Below are positions 45,910 to 56,513 of a stretch of 64,000 bases of DNA, one piece after another. Location of the stretch: positions 2,014 through 66,013 of the forward strand of contig JAJFIK010000080.1 of NCBI GenBank assembly GCA_021775005.1. The letters run 5' to 3'. The stretch's first letter is position 1. The number at the start of each line of letters is the position of its first letter. The position numbers were made by a program, and so were the translations under genes. The notes beneath the pieces were generated by a model that had not been told where the DNA came from, did not search any database, and saw nothing but the letters and a program-made list of their open reading frames with translations. Source of the stretch: Rhodospirillales bacterium. Its GTDB lineage: Bacteria; Pseudomonadota; Alphaproteobacteria; JAJFIK01.

Positions 45910-48207
45910 TTATCCGGCCTTAAGGGCCCCGACGGCTTTGCGGGCCTCATCTACAGCGCCGGTGAAACTTGTGTGGCCCGCCGCCAAGGCTGCGCTGTCT
46001 TCGGAATTTGCCGCACGCATAAGCTCTCGCGCTGCGGCCTCCAGGGCCACAAAGCCGAGATTGGCAGACGCTCCGGCAAGGCTGTGGGATAGCGATGCAG
46101 CTCTAGCGTGGTCGCTGGCATCCACCGCTGATGCAAGATCAACGGTCATTTTATCCATATCGGCAATGTAGGTTTCGATCAGATCGGAAAAGGCAGAGGT
46201 GCCGAGAATGTCCAAAATGCCTTTGAGACGCGACAGGTCGACGGCGGTTCCATCCTGATCCATACCGCTCAATCGCACAGCAGCGGATGTGGTCACATCG
46301 ATAGCGCGGTACAATTGATCGGGCATAATGGGTTTGGCAAGCGCACCATCAAACACCCCGGCATATTCCTTTGGAATAATAAGCGAGCCGTCTTCGCGCA
46401 CTTCTGAGTAAGAAAGGTCAGCCGTAAGTGCCAGGATCGGCAACCGATTGGCAGGTGACGGCAAGGCACGAATTTCTTGGGCCGCTTCAGGGCCAGAGAG
46501 CCGCGGCATGCGAATGTCCATCAGGATCAAATCAGGAAGTCTTGTGCCGTCAGCAAGCCGTGATGAAATAAACTCAACCGCCGCAGCACCATCCCTGACT
46601 CGGACGACGTCATGATTTTGTTGCTTCAAAAGTGCTTCGGCAACCAATGCGTTCACATCATTGTCTTCGGCAAGAAGAATAAAACGCCCTGCCGTTGTGG
46701 ATTTTTCTTCGGCGATCATATTGTCATTGTCAGTATTTTCAGCAGTGCCGCGCGCTGCGGGCAGGCAGAACCAAAAAACACTGCCAACACCTTCGTTCGA
46801 CATGCCGCCGATGCGCCCGCCCATGAGCTCCACCAAGCGCTTGGAGATCGCAAGCCCAAGTCCCGTGCCGCCATAGCGGCGTGTGGTGGATTGGTCCGCT
46901 TGCGTGAAGGGATGAAATAATTGCTCCAACCGGTCGGGGGCGACACCGATGCCGGTGTCTGTGACCGCGACAACAATGTGGTCCGGCGGCAAATCACTCG
47001 GTAAACCGTCGGGTAGAAGGGCTGAGCCAACGGGGGCCAGGCAAACAGCGATTTCACCGCGCTCGGTGAATTTTATGGCGTTGCCAACGAGGTTGAGCAG
47101 CACTTGCCGCGTGCGATGATCATCGGCGCGCGCATAAGCGGCTTTAGAAGGGTCTGTGTGCACTTCCAGCTCAACGCCCTTTGAATCCGCATTGGATTTA
47201 AACAGGCGCAAAACACCGCTGATAACAGGCAAAACTTCAAATGACTCAGAGGAGACATCAAAGCGCCCGGCCTCTAGCTTTGAGAGGTCGAGAATATCAT
47301 TGAGAACCGTCTGCAAGGTTTCGCCGGACTCAACAATCACATCGATATGCTCCTTTTGCTCCTTGTCGAGATCGGAGGTCTGAAGAATATGCGCCATCCC
47401 CATAATGCCATTGAGCGGCGTGCGAACCTCGTGGCTCATGGTGGTGAGAAATTCTGTCTTGGCACGATTTCCAGCTTCGGCCTGGCGTTTTGCTTCCAGT
47501 GCAGTGGCGCGCTCTTGCTTAAGTGAGGACACCAAAGAGTCGTTTTGAAAGCGAAGCGCGATGGACTCAAGTTGTGATTGATTGACAGACTTGGACCACT
47601 CCAAAAGGCCGGTGAGAAATATCAGGCCAAGCACAGCCATCATCATACCAAACGGTGCTGCCGTAATTGCGAGGGCAATCACGATCGGCGCCCCAGACGG
47701 AATGGCGAATGAGATCATCGATGGTTTGTGCATTGCCCGTGAAATAGCGGAGGACGCATTGACGCCCAAAATGACCAGGGCCACTACAGCCTGGTTCTCG
47801 GTATTACCGGGGTCAAACCAGGCGACGCTGCCCATGCCCCAGGCAATTCCCGTGAATAATGAGGCAACGGCAAAGCGGCGGGACCAACTCTCCGGCGCGT
47901 CTGCGCGATCTGCGTCTCCCATGAATGAGAATTGGAGGCCATGGAGGTAAACCCAGCTGGCGCAATAGACGGCAAAGGCGGCCCACGGCATAGGCGTGCC
48001 AAAGTCACTTAGGAGCACAGTTGCGATCAGAAACACCAACACCGGCATGAACCCCGAGCCGCGGTCCATTTCAAATAGTAGTTCGGTTTGGGCTGCAGCT
48101 ACTTTTCGCAATGTGGCGGGGTCCGATGCCACGCTATCGGCTTTGTTGGTTATCAACAAAGGCGACACAGCGACGGTGCCAAGCCAATCAGATAGAGTCT
48201 TCAGCAT
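45910..48207 (-). CDS. Membrane-bound hybrid sensor histidine kinase (TM - HisKA - HATPase_c - REC - Hpt)
   Basis: Multi-TM N-terminus. H-box [19 protein letters not shown]. Receiver [14 protein letters not shown]-terminal Hpt-like helix ([15 protein letters not shown]). Confidence 0.85.
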   Translation of the reverse strand: MLKTLSDWLGTVAVSPLLITNKADSVASDPATLRKVAAAQTELLFEMDRGSGFMPVLVFLIATVLLSDFGTPMPWAAFAVYCASWVYLHGLQFSFMGDADRADAPESWSRRFAVASLFTGIAWGMGSVAWFDPGNTENQAVVALVILGVNASSAISRAMHKPSMISFAIPSGAPIVIALAITAAPFGMMMAVLGLIFLTGLLEWSKSVNQSQLESIALRFQNDSLVSSLKQERATALEAKRQAEAGNRAKTEFLTTMSHEVRTPLNGIMGMAHILQTSDLDKEQKEHIDVIVESGETLQTVLNDILDLSKLEAGRFDVSSESFEVLPVISGVLRLFKSNADSKGVELEVHTDPSKAAYARADDHRTRQVLLNLVGNAIKFTERGEIAVCLAPVGSALLPDGLPSDLPPDHIVVAVTDTGIGVAPDRLEQLFHPFTQADQSTTRRYGGTGLGLAISKRLVELMGGRIGGMSNEGVGSVFWFCLPAARGTAENTDNDNMIAEEKSTTAGRFILLAEDNDVNALVAEALLKQQNHDVVRVRDGAAAVEFISSRLADGTRLPDLILMDIRMPRLSGPEAAQEIRALPSPANRLPILALTADLSYSEVREDGSLIIPKEYAGVFDGALAKPIMPDQLYRAIDVTTSAAVRLSGMDQDGTAVDLSRLKGILDILGTSAFSDLIETYIADMDKMTVDLASAVDASDHARAASLSHSLAGASANLGFVALEAAARELMRAANSEDSAALAAGHTSFTGAVDEARKAVGALKAG

Positions 48208-48333
48208 TTCGCCGCCACCGTTCCTATGCCCCCAATGGTGTCTTCATTGACGCGGGGTGAGGTGAACTCTAGCTTTCGAACACGAAAAACTCGTAAACAA
48301 GTCAAACTAGCAACTTAATGAAAGCCTAACCTT

Positions 48334-49932
48334 ATGACCGCCGCTCCAACCCCGCATGTGCGCGTAGAAGCACTGACCTCAAAGGCCTGGCCCTTCGAGG
48401 AAGCTCGAAAGGTGTTAGCGCGCGTGGAACGGCAAGGCGGTGTTGAGCAGGTCATATTTGAAACTGGATTTGGCCCATCTGGACCGCCTCATATTGGGAC
48501 ATTTGGCGAGGTCGCGCGCACATCAATGGTGCGCCATGCCTTTTCAGTTCTGTCCGACATTCCGACGAAGCTCATCTGTTTCTCAGATGATATGGATGGC
48601 ATGCGCAAAGTGCCCGGCGGTGTGCCCAATCAGGAACTCTTGGCCCAGCATTTGGAACGCTCCTTGACGTCAGTGCCCGACCCTTGGGGCGAGCACGAGA
48701 GTTTTGGCCACCACAACAATGCACGGCTAAAGGCATTTCTCGATCGATTCGGATTTGAATACGAATTTCTAAGCGCCACGGCGTGCTACAAATCTGGGCG
48801 CTTTAATGATGCGCTGCGCCGGGTGCTCGAAGTCTATGACGACGTTATGGACATTGTCTTACCCACATTGGGGGAGGAGCGGCGCCAGACATACAGCCCC
48901 TTTTTGCCGGTGGAGCCTGAATCAGAGCGGGTGCTTCAGGTGCCCGTTATTGATCGCGACCCGGTGCGCGGCACAATTTTGTATCGCGACGAAATGGGGC
49001 GTGAAGTGGAAACCTCGGTGATGAACGGCCATTGCAAGATGCAGTGGAAGGCCGACTGGGCCATGCGCTGGTTTGCCCTTGGTGTTGACTATGAAATGTC
49101 CGGCAAAGACCTTTATGAGTCTGTTAAAATCTCCTCGCGCATCGTCAAAGCTATGGGGGGCAAGGTGCCGGAGGGTTTCAACTATGAACTTTTTCTGGAT
49201 GAGAAAGGCGCACGAATCTCAAAGACCAAAGGCAATGAATCTATTCGCGTGGATGATTGGCTGCGTTATGCGCCCAATGAGAGCCTTGGCTATTACATGT
49301 TTCAAAAACCCAAACAGGCCAAGCGACTTTACTTTGATGTGATCCCCAAAGCGGTAGATGAATACATCACGTTCCTCGCCAAGTATCCTGAGCAAGACGT
49401 GAAAGAACGCCTCGGCAATCCCGTGTGGCATATCCATAATGGGGAGCCGCCGGCAGAGCAGATCCCCGTGAGCTTCAATTTACTGCTCAATCTCGTGAGT
49501 GCGAGCAATGCACAAGACCGGGAGATTCTGTGGGGCTTTATCAATCGGTATGACCCAGACGCCTCAGCTGAGCGGCATCCGATGCTCGACCAGCTGGTGG
49601 GCTATGCGATCAATTATTACCATGACTTTGTTGAACCGGCGAAAACGTTTCGCGCCGCAACGGATATGGAGCGTGCCGCGTTAGAAGATCTGAAAACCCG
49701 TCTAAGCGCCCTTGTAGGCAGCGATGCGGATGGTACGGCGATTCAGAGCGAGGTCTATGCCGTCGGCAAAGCGCATGAGTTTGAGCCCTTGCGTGCCTGG
49801 TTTTCGACCCTTTACGAAACCCTTCTGGGGCAAACCCAAGGGCCGCGCTTTGGGTCCTTCGCTGCGATTTACGGCATTGAGGAAACCATCGCCTTGATCG
49901 ACAAAGCGCTATCCGGTGAGCTGGCAAATTAA
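48334..49932 (+). CDS. lysK: Lysine--tRNA ligase, class I
   Basis: PSGPPHIGTFGE (HIGH-type) motif and RISKTKGN (KMSKS-type) motif. 532 aa. Class I LysRS is typical of many Alphaproteobacteria. Confidence 0.85.
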   Translation: MTAAPTPHVRVEALTSKAWPFEEARKVLARVERQGGVEQVIFETGFGPSGPPHIGTFGEVARTSMVRHAFSVLSDIPTKLICFSDDMDGMRKVPGGVPNQELLAQHLERSLTSVPDPWGEHESFGHHNNARLKAFLDRFGFEYEFLSATACYKSGRFNDALRRVLEVYDDVMDIVLPTLGEERRQTYSPFLPVEPESERVLQVPVIDRDPVRGTILYRDEMGREVETSVMNGHCKMQWKADWAMRWFALGVDYEMSGKDLYESVKISSRIVKAMGGKVPEGFNYELFLDEKGARISKTKGNESIRVDDWLRYAPNESLGYYMFQKPKQAKRLYFDVIPKAVDEYITFLAKYPEQDVKERLGNPVWHIHNGEPPAEQIPVSFNLLLNLVSASNAQDREILWGFINRYDPDASAERHPMLDQLVGYAINYYHDFVEPAKTFRAATDMERAALEDLKTRLSALVGSDADGTAIQSEVYAVGKAHEFEPLRAWFSTLYETLLGQTQGPRFGSFAAIYGIEETIALIDKALSGELAN

Positions 49933-49933
49933 G

Positions 49934-50569
49934 TTATTGGCTTGCCCAAAGGATGCGCGCAATCCACGCCACGTCAGACATGGCGAGGCTGCGATTTTCA
50001 AATTCGGGATTGAGCGATAGCAATTCAATACGCCGCGCGGTTTGTCTGACCAATACTTTGGCCATGACTTCACCCTCATTTGTTTTGAGCACCACGCGGT
50101 CGCCGCGTCGCACACTTGCCTGGGGCGAAACAATGATGATGTCACCGTCGCGATAAAGTGGCTGCATAGAATCGCCGCTGATCTCCAATGCATAAGCGTT
50201 TTCGTCGCCAATCTCGGGAAACGCCACTTCATCCCAACCAGTCCCGGCAGGAAAACCGCCATCATCGAAAAAACCGTTGTCGCCGGCTTGGGCAAATCCG
50301 ATGAGAGGCACATATTTTCGGATGAACCTTTGCCCTGCGCCGCGGTCCATCAGACTGACAAAGGTATCCATGGAGATCCCCGTGGCCTCCAATATCTTTG
50401 CGATGCTTTCAGTTGAGGGCCAGCGCAATTTGCCGTTTGCACCTTGCCGCTTGGAGCGGTTAAAGGTGGTGGGGTCCAGTCCTGATTGGCGGGCCAATCC
50501 AGACGGCGAAAGCCCTCGTTGATCGGCAAGCCGGTCGATGGCACTCCATATTTGTTTGTGGGTCAGCAT
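49934..50569 (-). CDS. S24-family (LexA/cI-like) autocleavable HTH repressor
   Basis: N-terminal HTH and a C-terminal peptidase S24 domain with the GDSMQP Ser motif and a downstream Lys (KVLV region). Confidence 0.75.
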   Translation of the reverse strand: MLTHKQIWSAIDRLADQRGLSPSGLARQSGLDPTTFNRSKRQGANGKLRWPSTESIAKILEATGISMDTFVSLMDRGAGQRFIRKYVPLIGFAQAGDNGFFDDGGFPAGTGWDEVAFPEIGDENAYALEISGDSMQPLYRDGDIIIVSPQASVRRGDRVVLKTNEGEVMAKVLVRQTARRIELLSLNPEFENRSLAMSDVAWIARILWASQ

Positions 50570-50574
50570 CTTAT

Positions 50575-51048
50575 ATGGTCACCGCCCGGTTTGCGGCAGA
50601 ATCGGCTTTCGTTCCTATGGATAGGAATTATACCTTATCGCCGCCTTGGGTCCAGCCGCAAGGCCCAGTGGCGAACCGGAGGCAAAGAGTGGCGAAATCT
50701 GGGGCGATTTATAAGGTTTGTAGGGGGTCTGAATGGGCTGAGGTGACGGTCGCTGGGCTCTGGCAAGGGGCCGCCGTTGATCGGGCGGATGGATTTATCC
50801 ACTTTTCTACCGCCGTTCAGGTGCCGGAAACCGTTGCCCGCCATTTCGCCGGCCTACCCAATTTGGTCTTGGTGGAATTTGCAGCGGCAGCCCTTGGAGC
50901 CGCGCTAAAGTGGGAGCCCTCTCGCGGCGGGGATTTGTTTCCTCATCTTTATGGCCCCCTAGACCCCGCCCTGGCGACGCAAACTTGGGCGCTGCCCATG
51001 GGTAGCGATGGTGTCCATATTTATCCAGAAGGCTTGAAGTTTGACTGA
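50575..51048 (+). CDS. DUF952-family protein
   Basis: Conserved DGFIHFSTA...ARHFAG...LKWEPSRGG.LFPHLYGPL pattern. The start may be GTG 50689. Confidence 0.6.
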   Translation: MVTARFAAESAFVPMDRNYTLSPPWVQPQGPVANRRQRVAKSGAIYKVCRGSEWAEVTVAGLWQGAAVDRADGFIHFSTAVQVPETVARHFAGLPNLVLVEFAAAALGAALKWEPSRGGDLFPHLYGPLDPALATQTWALPMGSDGVHIYPEGLKFD

Positions 51049-52099
51049 CCTTTTTCCCCTCGCGCGACCATTGTTCCAAAGTATCGATCCTGAGAAGGCT
51101 CACGATTTGACACTTGTCTCATTACGCATGGGATTAGGCGGCGTCGATAAAACGCCTGATGATCCGGTTCTCGCCACTGCCGCGTTGGGACTTTCATTTT
51201 CAAACCCCCTTGGCATTGCCGCGGGCTTCGACAAGAACGCAGCTGTCCCTGTTGCTATGCACGGGCTTGGTCTTGGGTTTGCTGAGGTCGGCTCCATCAC
51301 GCCGCGTGCCCAACGAGGCAATCCGCGACCGCGGGTGTTTCGCCTCAAGAAAGACAAGGCTGTGATCAATCGGCTTGGCTTCAATAATCGCGGGCTAAAT
51401 GTAGCGGAATTGCGCCTTGCGTCTTTGCCTGCCAAGCGGCGTGTGGTTGGGGTCAACCTCGGCGCCAACAAGGCCTCCAAAGATCGAATTGCGGACTACG
51501 AGACTGGCCTTAAGCGCCTTTACGCCTATGGCGATTACTTTGCCGTCAATATCTCGTCCCCCAACACGCCGGGGCTTCGGGACTTGCAAGGCAAAGCGGC
51601 GCTTGAGGATTTGCTTGGACGTCTTAACGCCGTGCGCGACGGCATGAGCGGCCCGCGCAAACCTCTGTTGCTCAAAGTGGCACCGGATCTTAATGCCAAA
51701 GACATTCAGGACATCGCCGACGCGGTGCTCGCCGGCGGCATTGAAGGGATGATCGTCTCCAACACCACATTGGCGCGACCTGATGATCTGAAATCATCAC
51801 GCCGGGATGAAGCGGGCGGCCTTTCCGGTGTGCCGCTTTATGAGCCGTCGACAAAAGTGCTTGCTGCATTTCGGCGCATTATGGGCACGAAACTAACCTT
51901 GATCGGCGTTGGCGGCGTACATGATGGGCGCACCGCTTACGGCAAGATCCAAGCCGGCGCGAGCTTGGTACAACTTTACTCGGCACTGACTTATGGGGGC
52001 CCCCCGCTCATCCGCCACATCAAGCAAGAGCTGGCGGACCTTTTGAAAGCCGACGGCCATGCCCATGTGGCCGATGCCGTTGGCACCAAACTGCCATGA
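51041..52099 (+). CDS. pyrD: Dihydroorotate dehydrogenase (quinone), class 2
   Basis: Class-2 N-terminal membrane-association helix region. FMN-binding motifs GFDKN, NRLGFNN, NISSPNTPGLR, and a catalytic Ser region. 352 aa. Confidence 0.9.
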   Translation: MTDLFPLARPLFQSIDPEKAHDLTLVSLRMGLGGVDKTPDDPVLATAALGLSFSNPLGIAAGFDKNAAVPVAMHGLGLGFAEVGSITPRAQRGNPRPRVFRLKKDKAVINRLGFNNRGLNVAELRLASLPAKRRVVGVNLGANKASKDRIADYETGLKRLYAYGDYFAVNISSPNTPGLRDLQGKAALEDLLGRLNAVRDGMSGPRKPLLLKVAPDLNAKDIQDIADAVLAGGIEGMIVSNTTLARPDDLKSSRRDEAGGLSGVPLYEPSTKVLAAFRRIMGTKLTLIGVGGVHDGRTAYGKIQAGASLVQLYSALTYGGPPLIRHIKQELADLLKADGHAHVADAVGTKLP

Positions 52100-52109
52100 G
52101 GAGCATCAA

Positions 52110-52457
52110 GTGACAGCTACAATCTATCACAACCCCCGCTGTTCAAAGTCCCGCGCAACGTTGGCGCTGCTTGAGGACCGCGGGCTGCAACCTGTCGTCA
52201 TAGACTATCTCAAGACGCCGCCATCTGCGGCAGAGCTCGACCGTATTTTATCGCTGCTCCATATGGAGCCCCTTGAATTGATGCGCAAAGGCGAAGAGGC
52301 GTTCAAGGCGCTCGGTTTGGATGATGGCACAAAATCACGCGATGATTTGATCCAGGCCATGGTGGACAATCCTGCGCTTATTGAACGCCCTATCGTTGTG
52401 CACGGGGCCAAGGCCGCCATCGGTCGTCCGCCGGAATCAGTTTTGGGTATTTTCTAA
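52110..52457 (+). CDS. ArsC/Spx-family protein (YffB-like arsenate-reductase fold)
   Basis: IYHNPRCSKSR CxxS/CxxxR motif. GTG start with a GAGGAG RBS 5 nt upstream. 115 aa. Confidence 0.8.
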   Translation: MTATIYHNPRCSKSRATLALLEDRGLQPVVIDYLKTPPSAAELDRILSLLHMEPLELMRKGEEAFKALGLDDGTKSRDDLIQAMVDNPALIERPIVVHGAKAAIGRPPESVLGIF

Positions 52458-53779
52458 AATTGTAATGCGGCTTTGCGGGCAAGCACAGGATAGGCGAGCC
52501 CCATAGTGAGCCCCCGCGCGGCGAGGAAGATCACAAAAGCAGTCCAGAGGCCGTAATTGGCAAAGGGCGGTGTCAGCACCCACCAGGCGAAAACGAATAT
52601 GGCGAAAGACAAGGCCATGGCATTGCGCATGGCCGCCGTCCACGTGGCTCCAATAAAAATGCCGTCGAACTGAAACGCCCAAACCCCGATTATGGGGTAG
52701 ATCACGGCAAACCAGAACACGGCCGTTGCAGCGCCTCGCACACTCGGGTCTGTGCTTAACCCGGCGATTGCTAAGGGCCCCAGCAGAAATGTTGCGACTG
52801 CCAAAAGCACAGCGGTTCCCAATGCCCACTCAGTTGACTTGCGTACTGCTTGGCGCAGGCGTTCAGTATTCTTTGCGCCCACGGCTTCCCCAACAAGGGC
52901 CTCAACGGCAAAGGCAAAGCCATCGAGGAAGAAAGCACCGAAGCCAATGAACTGCAGCAAAATATGATTGGCGGCCAATGTGATATCGCCAAGGCGGGCA
53001 CTCTCCCATTGGAACAAAGCAAAGCCCCCGAGGAGCGCCAAAGTGCGCAGGAATATGTCGCGATTGACCGCGATCATACGCAACAGCGGCGCAGGGTCGC
53101 GCAGGCGTTCCCATTCAAACCGCCAGCCGCAACGATGGAGCTTGCGCCAGATCAATAAAGCGGCGGTAAACGCCATGACCCACTCAGCAATAACAGTGCC
53201 CCACGCAACCCCCGCAACGCCCCAATCAAACCCGGCCACAAACAAAACATCGAGCCCCACATTGAGACCGTTGAGTAGCAGTTGCAGCACAAGAACGTAA
53301 CTTGAGCGTTTAAGTCCGATGAACCAGCCCAAACACGAAAAGCCAAATAGCGCCGCCGGTGCCCCCCAGATGCGGATGAGGAAATACGTCTTTGCGGCTT
53401 CTTCAACCGCCGCGCTGCCCTGGAACACCAATGTGATCAGGGCGGCTAGGGGGACTTGCAGCACGAGAAGGCAAAGCGAGATGGCGCCGGCCATCAACGC
53501 GGCGCGGCCGAAGGTGGCGGTAATCTCACCCACATCATCTGCGCCAAGCGCTTGGGCGGTAAGGCCCGTTGTGCCCATGCGCAGAAACCCAAAGCCCCAA
53601 TAAATAATATTGAAAAGAAGCGCACCGATAGCCAAGCCACCGAGGCCCGTGGTGGTGTCAAAATTTCCAATGACCGCAGTGTCGGCAATGCCGAGCAGCG
53701 GTACCGCCGCATTGGCCAATATGATGGGCCAAGCGATGCGAAAAACATGGCCGTGCGTGATGGGGGGTGGGCTCGTCAT
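52454..53779 (-). CDS. MATE-family efflux transporter
   Basis: 12-TM protein of 441 aa with MATE-type repeats (e.g. NorM/DinF-like). Confidence 0.85.
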   Translation of the reverse strand: MTSPPPITHGHVFRIAWPIILANAAVPLLGIADTAVIGNFDTTTGLGGLAIGALLFNIIYWGFGFLRMGTTGLTAQALGADDVGEITATFGRAALMAGAISLCLLVLQVPLAALITLVFQGSAAVEEAAKTYFLIRIWGAPAALFGFSCLGWFIGLKRSSYVLVLQLLLNGLNVGLDVLFVAGFDWGVAGVAWGTVIAEWVMAFTAALLIWRKLHRCGWRFEWERLRDPAPLLRMIAVNRDIFLRTLALLGGFALFQWESARLGDITLAANHILLQFIGFGAFFLDGFAFAVEALVGEAVGAKNTERLRQAVRKSTEWALGTAVLLAVATFLLGPLAIAGLSTDPSVRGAATAVFWFAVIYPIIGVWAFQFDGIFIGATWTAAMRNAMALSFAIFVFAWWVLTPPFANYGLWTAFVIFLAARGLTMGLAYPVLARKAALQF

Positions 53780-53812
53780 CTGGCGCGTCGCCTATTGGGA
53801 GAGAGCCGCAAT

Positions 53813-54265
53813 TTAGCCGCCCGCGGCGTCGCGCCGAGCCAGCAGAAAGTGCCCCTGCAGCGTCGCGATGGGCCGGGTTTTGTCGGCCTGCCAGGCTTCC
53901 GCATGCACGTTGGCAACGCGCCGCCCTTGCTTGGTGATGACAGCGCGCGCGTAGGTATTCACCGGCTTGGCAGAGCGTAAGTAGTCAATGCTGATGTTGA
54001 TGGGCTTGGGCAAATGGTCCGCCTCGATGTCGCAAATGAGCTGAAGGATGGCGACAGTTTCAAGAAACGCACTCACCACACCGCCATGGAGCGCGGGCAG
54101 GGAGGGATTGCCAATGAGCATATCCTTAAATGGCAGCTTGCATGTGAGTTCACCGCCCGCCATTTGAACTTCCACGCCAATAAACTTGGCGTAAGGAATC
54201 TGATCTGCAAAACTTTGTAATGAGCTTTGGTCTAGCTTGCTCAGAAGGCCAGTGGGCGCGCTCAT
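53813..54265 (-). CDS. Hotdog-fold thioesterase (PaaI/4HBT family), paralog A
   Basis: PaaI-type HGG motif (LHGGVVSAFLE) and a length of about 150 aa. Confidence 0.75.
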   Translation of the reverse strand: MSAPTGLLSKLDQSSLQSFADQIPYAKFIGVEVQMAGGELTCKLPFKDMLIGNPSLPALHGGVVSAFLETVAILQLICDIEADHLPKPINISIDYLRSAKPVNTYARAVITKQGRRVANVHAEAWQADKTRPIATLQGHFLLARRDAAGG

Positions 54266-54753
54266 AATTTGGCCTCGCTCAAATTCGCGCCGGGTTTGCG
54301 GGTGCCGTCAGACCCCATCATAAAAGCCCCGGCAGAGGTGGCAATGGGGTCCTCGATATCATCATCATAAGCAACGCCGCGGACGAATGCGACATTGCGC
54401 GTAAGTTTGTAGCAATGGGCGTGGCCCGTGATGTCTTTGCCCGGCGTCGCGGCGCGCATGTAGTCAATGCGTAGGTCTAGTGTTGCGATGGAGGTGAGCT
54501 CCTCGATGGCGCAAAACACCGCCACACCGGAAACATTATCAAGCAGCGTTGTAACCGCCCCGCCATGGACCACCCCGGTTTCCGGATTGCCAATGATCTG
54601 TTCGTTGTAGGGCAGTTTCACCACCGCATTGGCGTAGAAAATATCCACGAGCTCCAACCCCAGCGCCTTGGCATGAGGGATAGCATCAAGGAGCAGATCG
54701 CGGTGGGCGCCCAAAAGATCAAGCAGCGGGGGCATGCGGGTTTCGTCAGTCAT
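54262..54753 (-). CDS. Hotdog-fold thioesterase (PaaI/4HBT family), paralog B
   Basis: VHGGAVTTLLD motif. It overlaps paralog A by 4 nt. Confidence 0.75.
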   Translation of the reverse strand: MTDETRMPPLLDLLGAHRDLLLDAIPHAKALGLELVDIFYANAVVKLPYNEQIIGNPETGVVHGGAVTTLLDNVSGVAVFCAIEELTSIATLDLRIDYMRAATPGKDITGHAHCYKLTRNVAFVRGVAYDDDIEDPIATSAGAFMMGSDGTRKPGANLSEAKL

Positions 54754-54885
54754 TTCCTGAGTAAGCGGTGCTGCCTATGGCCTGTCAACGGTCCCCTCAG
54801 GGAAAGACAGCTTGTCAGTTAATAAAATTGACGCATCGTCACCTTTCTCTAAACTACCGCGCAAGACTCAGATACACGGACGATA

Positions 54886-55512
54886 ATGACCCAGCTTGAA
54901 GCACAAGACCCAGCGCGTCTGGGCAAACGCGAAAAGACCAAGGCAGCGAACCAGCAGGCCATCTTGGATGCCGCGCGCAAAGTTTTTGCCGAGCTTGGCT
55001 ATGGCGCAACCACCGTGCGTGACATCATCCGCGGCACGGGCCTCGCCAGCGGCACGTTCTACAATTATTTCAAATCAAAAGAAGAAGTCTTTCAGGCGTT
55101 GATGGATGAGAGCGCGTTGCGCGTGCGACCAGCTTTGATCCAGGAGCGCTTGAAGGCCACCACCTTTGAAGAATTTCTGCGCGGTATGTTTCTTGTCTTT
55201 TTCTCTTATGTGGTGGACGACAATCGCGCTTACACGATGATGCGCGCAAACTCTGGGCAAATCCGGGTGCGCATGGATACGCCGGAAGTTATTGCGGGGT
55301 TTGACGAACTTCGCGTCGATATTGACGACGGTATTGAGCGCGGTGTGGTTCCCAATGTGGACCCTGAGTACCTTACAGCCGCGCTTATCGGCATTGCCTT
55401 TGAGATGGCTGACCGCATGGTGCAGCGGGATGATCCGGACCCCATCGCGGCGGCCGATTTCGCCACCGCGCTTGTGGTCGGCGGAATCGACTTGGTGCCT
55501 CACAAGAAATGA
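54886..55512 (+). CDS. TetR/AcrR-family transcriptional regulator
   Basis: N-terminal TetR HTH (ILDAARKVFAELGYGATTVRDIIRGTGLASGTFYNYF). Confidence 0.85.
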   Translation: MTQLEAQDPARLGKREKTKAANQQAILDAARKVFAELGYGATTVRDIIRGTGLASGTFYNYFKSKEEVFQALMDESALRVRPALIQERLKATTFEEFLRGMFLVFFSYVVDDNRAYTMMRANSGQIRVRMDTPEVIAGFDELRVDIDDGIERGVVPNVDPEYLTAALIGIAFEMADRMVQRDDPDPIAAADFATALVVGGIDLVPHKK

Positions 55513-56513
55513 CGGGCAGAACGAAGGCATTTGTGGTCCGTGAACTAACGGACGATCTTTCCGGTTGCGCCATTGACGCCGTGGAGCTGGGTGATCCAGG
55601 CCCGGGCGAAGTGCAGGTTGCTATGCGCGCCGTTGCCATCGGCTTTCCTGACCTGCTTATGACGCGCGGTGGTTATCAGCTAAAGCCGCCACTTCCCTAT
55701 GTGCCGGGCATGGAAGGGGCGGGGGATGTCATCGCCTGCGGTGCGGGCGTTGAGGGCATCAATGAAGGGGATCAGGTCATGTTCGGTGGGCTCGGGGGTC
55801 CTGGCCTTTTGGCTGAACGCGCTAACGTTCCCGCCGCCAACGTGCGCTCTCTGCCGGAGCAATTTAGCTACGCCCAAGGAGCCGCCTTCGTCGCAGCTTA
55901 TCTCACCGCTTATGTGGGCCTCGTGCGCGGGGCGGGCGGCATCGCCTTTCGCGAAACCCTGTTGGTGCATGGCGCCGCAGGGGGTGTGGGTCTTGCCGCC
56001 GTGGAACTTGGTAAGCACTTGGGCGCACGGGTGATCGCCACTGCGTCCACGCCGGAAAAACGCGCGCTCGCTACGGCCAAGGGTGCGGACCTGGTGCTTG
56101 ACCCCGCCGAGGGCTTTCGCGAAAAAGTCAAAGCACTCACCGATGGGCGCGGCGCCGATGTGATCTTTGATCCTGTGGGTGGCGACATTTTTGACGAGAG
56201 TCTTCGTTGCATAGCTTGGGGCGGCAGGTTTCTCGTCATTGGTTTTGCCAGCGGCCGCATCGGGCAGGTGGCCGCGAACATTCCCCTCATCAAAGGGTTT
56301 TCACTCATCGGCGTGCGCGCAGGGGAATACGGTCGCCGCGACCCGGCGAAAGGGGCAGAAAATATTTCAGCGCTCATGGAACTTGCCCGCCATGGCCACC
56401 TTAAGCCCCATATTGGGGCGGCGTTTGATCTTGATGACGCGCGCCAGGCGTTTCAGCTGTTGGCGGATCGTGGCGCCCTGGGGCGCATTGTGGTGCAAAT
56501 GGGCGCGGCTTAG
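55509..56513 (+). CDS. NADPH:quinone oxidoreductase / zinc-type medium-chain dehydrogenase (Qor-like)
   Basis: GroES-like N-domain and Rossmann motif HGAAGGVGLAAVEL. Start overlaps the TetR stop (ATGA). Confidence 0.85.
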   Translation: MTGRTKAFVVRELTDDLSGCAIDAVELGDPGPGEVQVAMRAVAIGFPDLLMTRGGYQLKPPLPYVPGMEGAGDVIACGAGVEGINEGDQVMFGGLGGPGLLAERANVPAANVRSLPEQFSYAQGAAFVAAYLTAYVGLVRGAGGIAFRETLLVHGAAGGVGLAAVELGKHLGARVIATASTPEKRALATAKGADLVLDPAEGFREKVKALTDGRGADVIFDPVGGDIFDESLRCIAWGGRFLVIGFASGRIGQVAANIPLIKGFSLIGVRAGEYGRRDPAKGAENISALMELARHGHLKPHIGAAFDLDDARQAFQLLADRGALGRIVVQMGAA

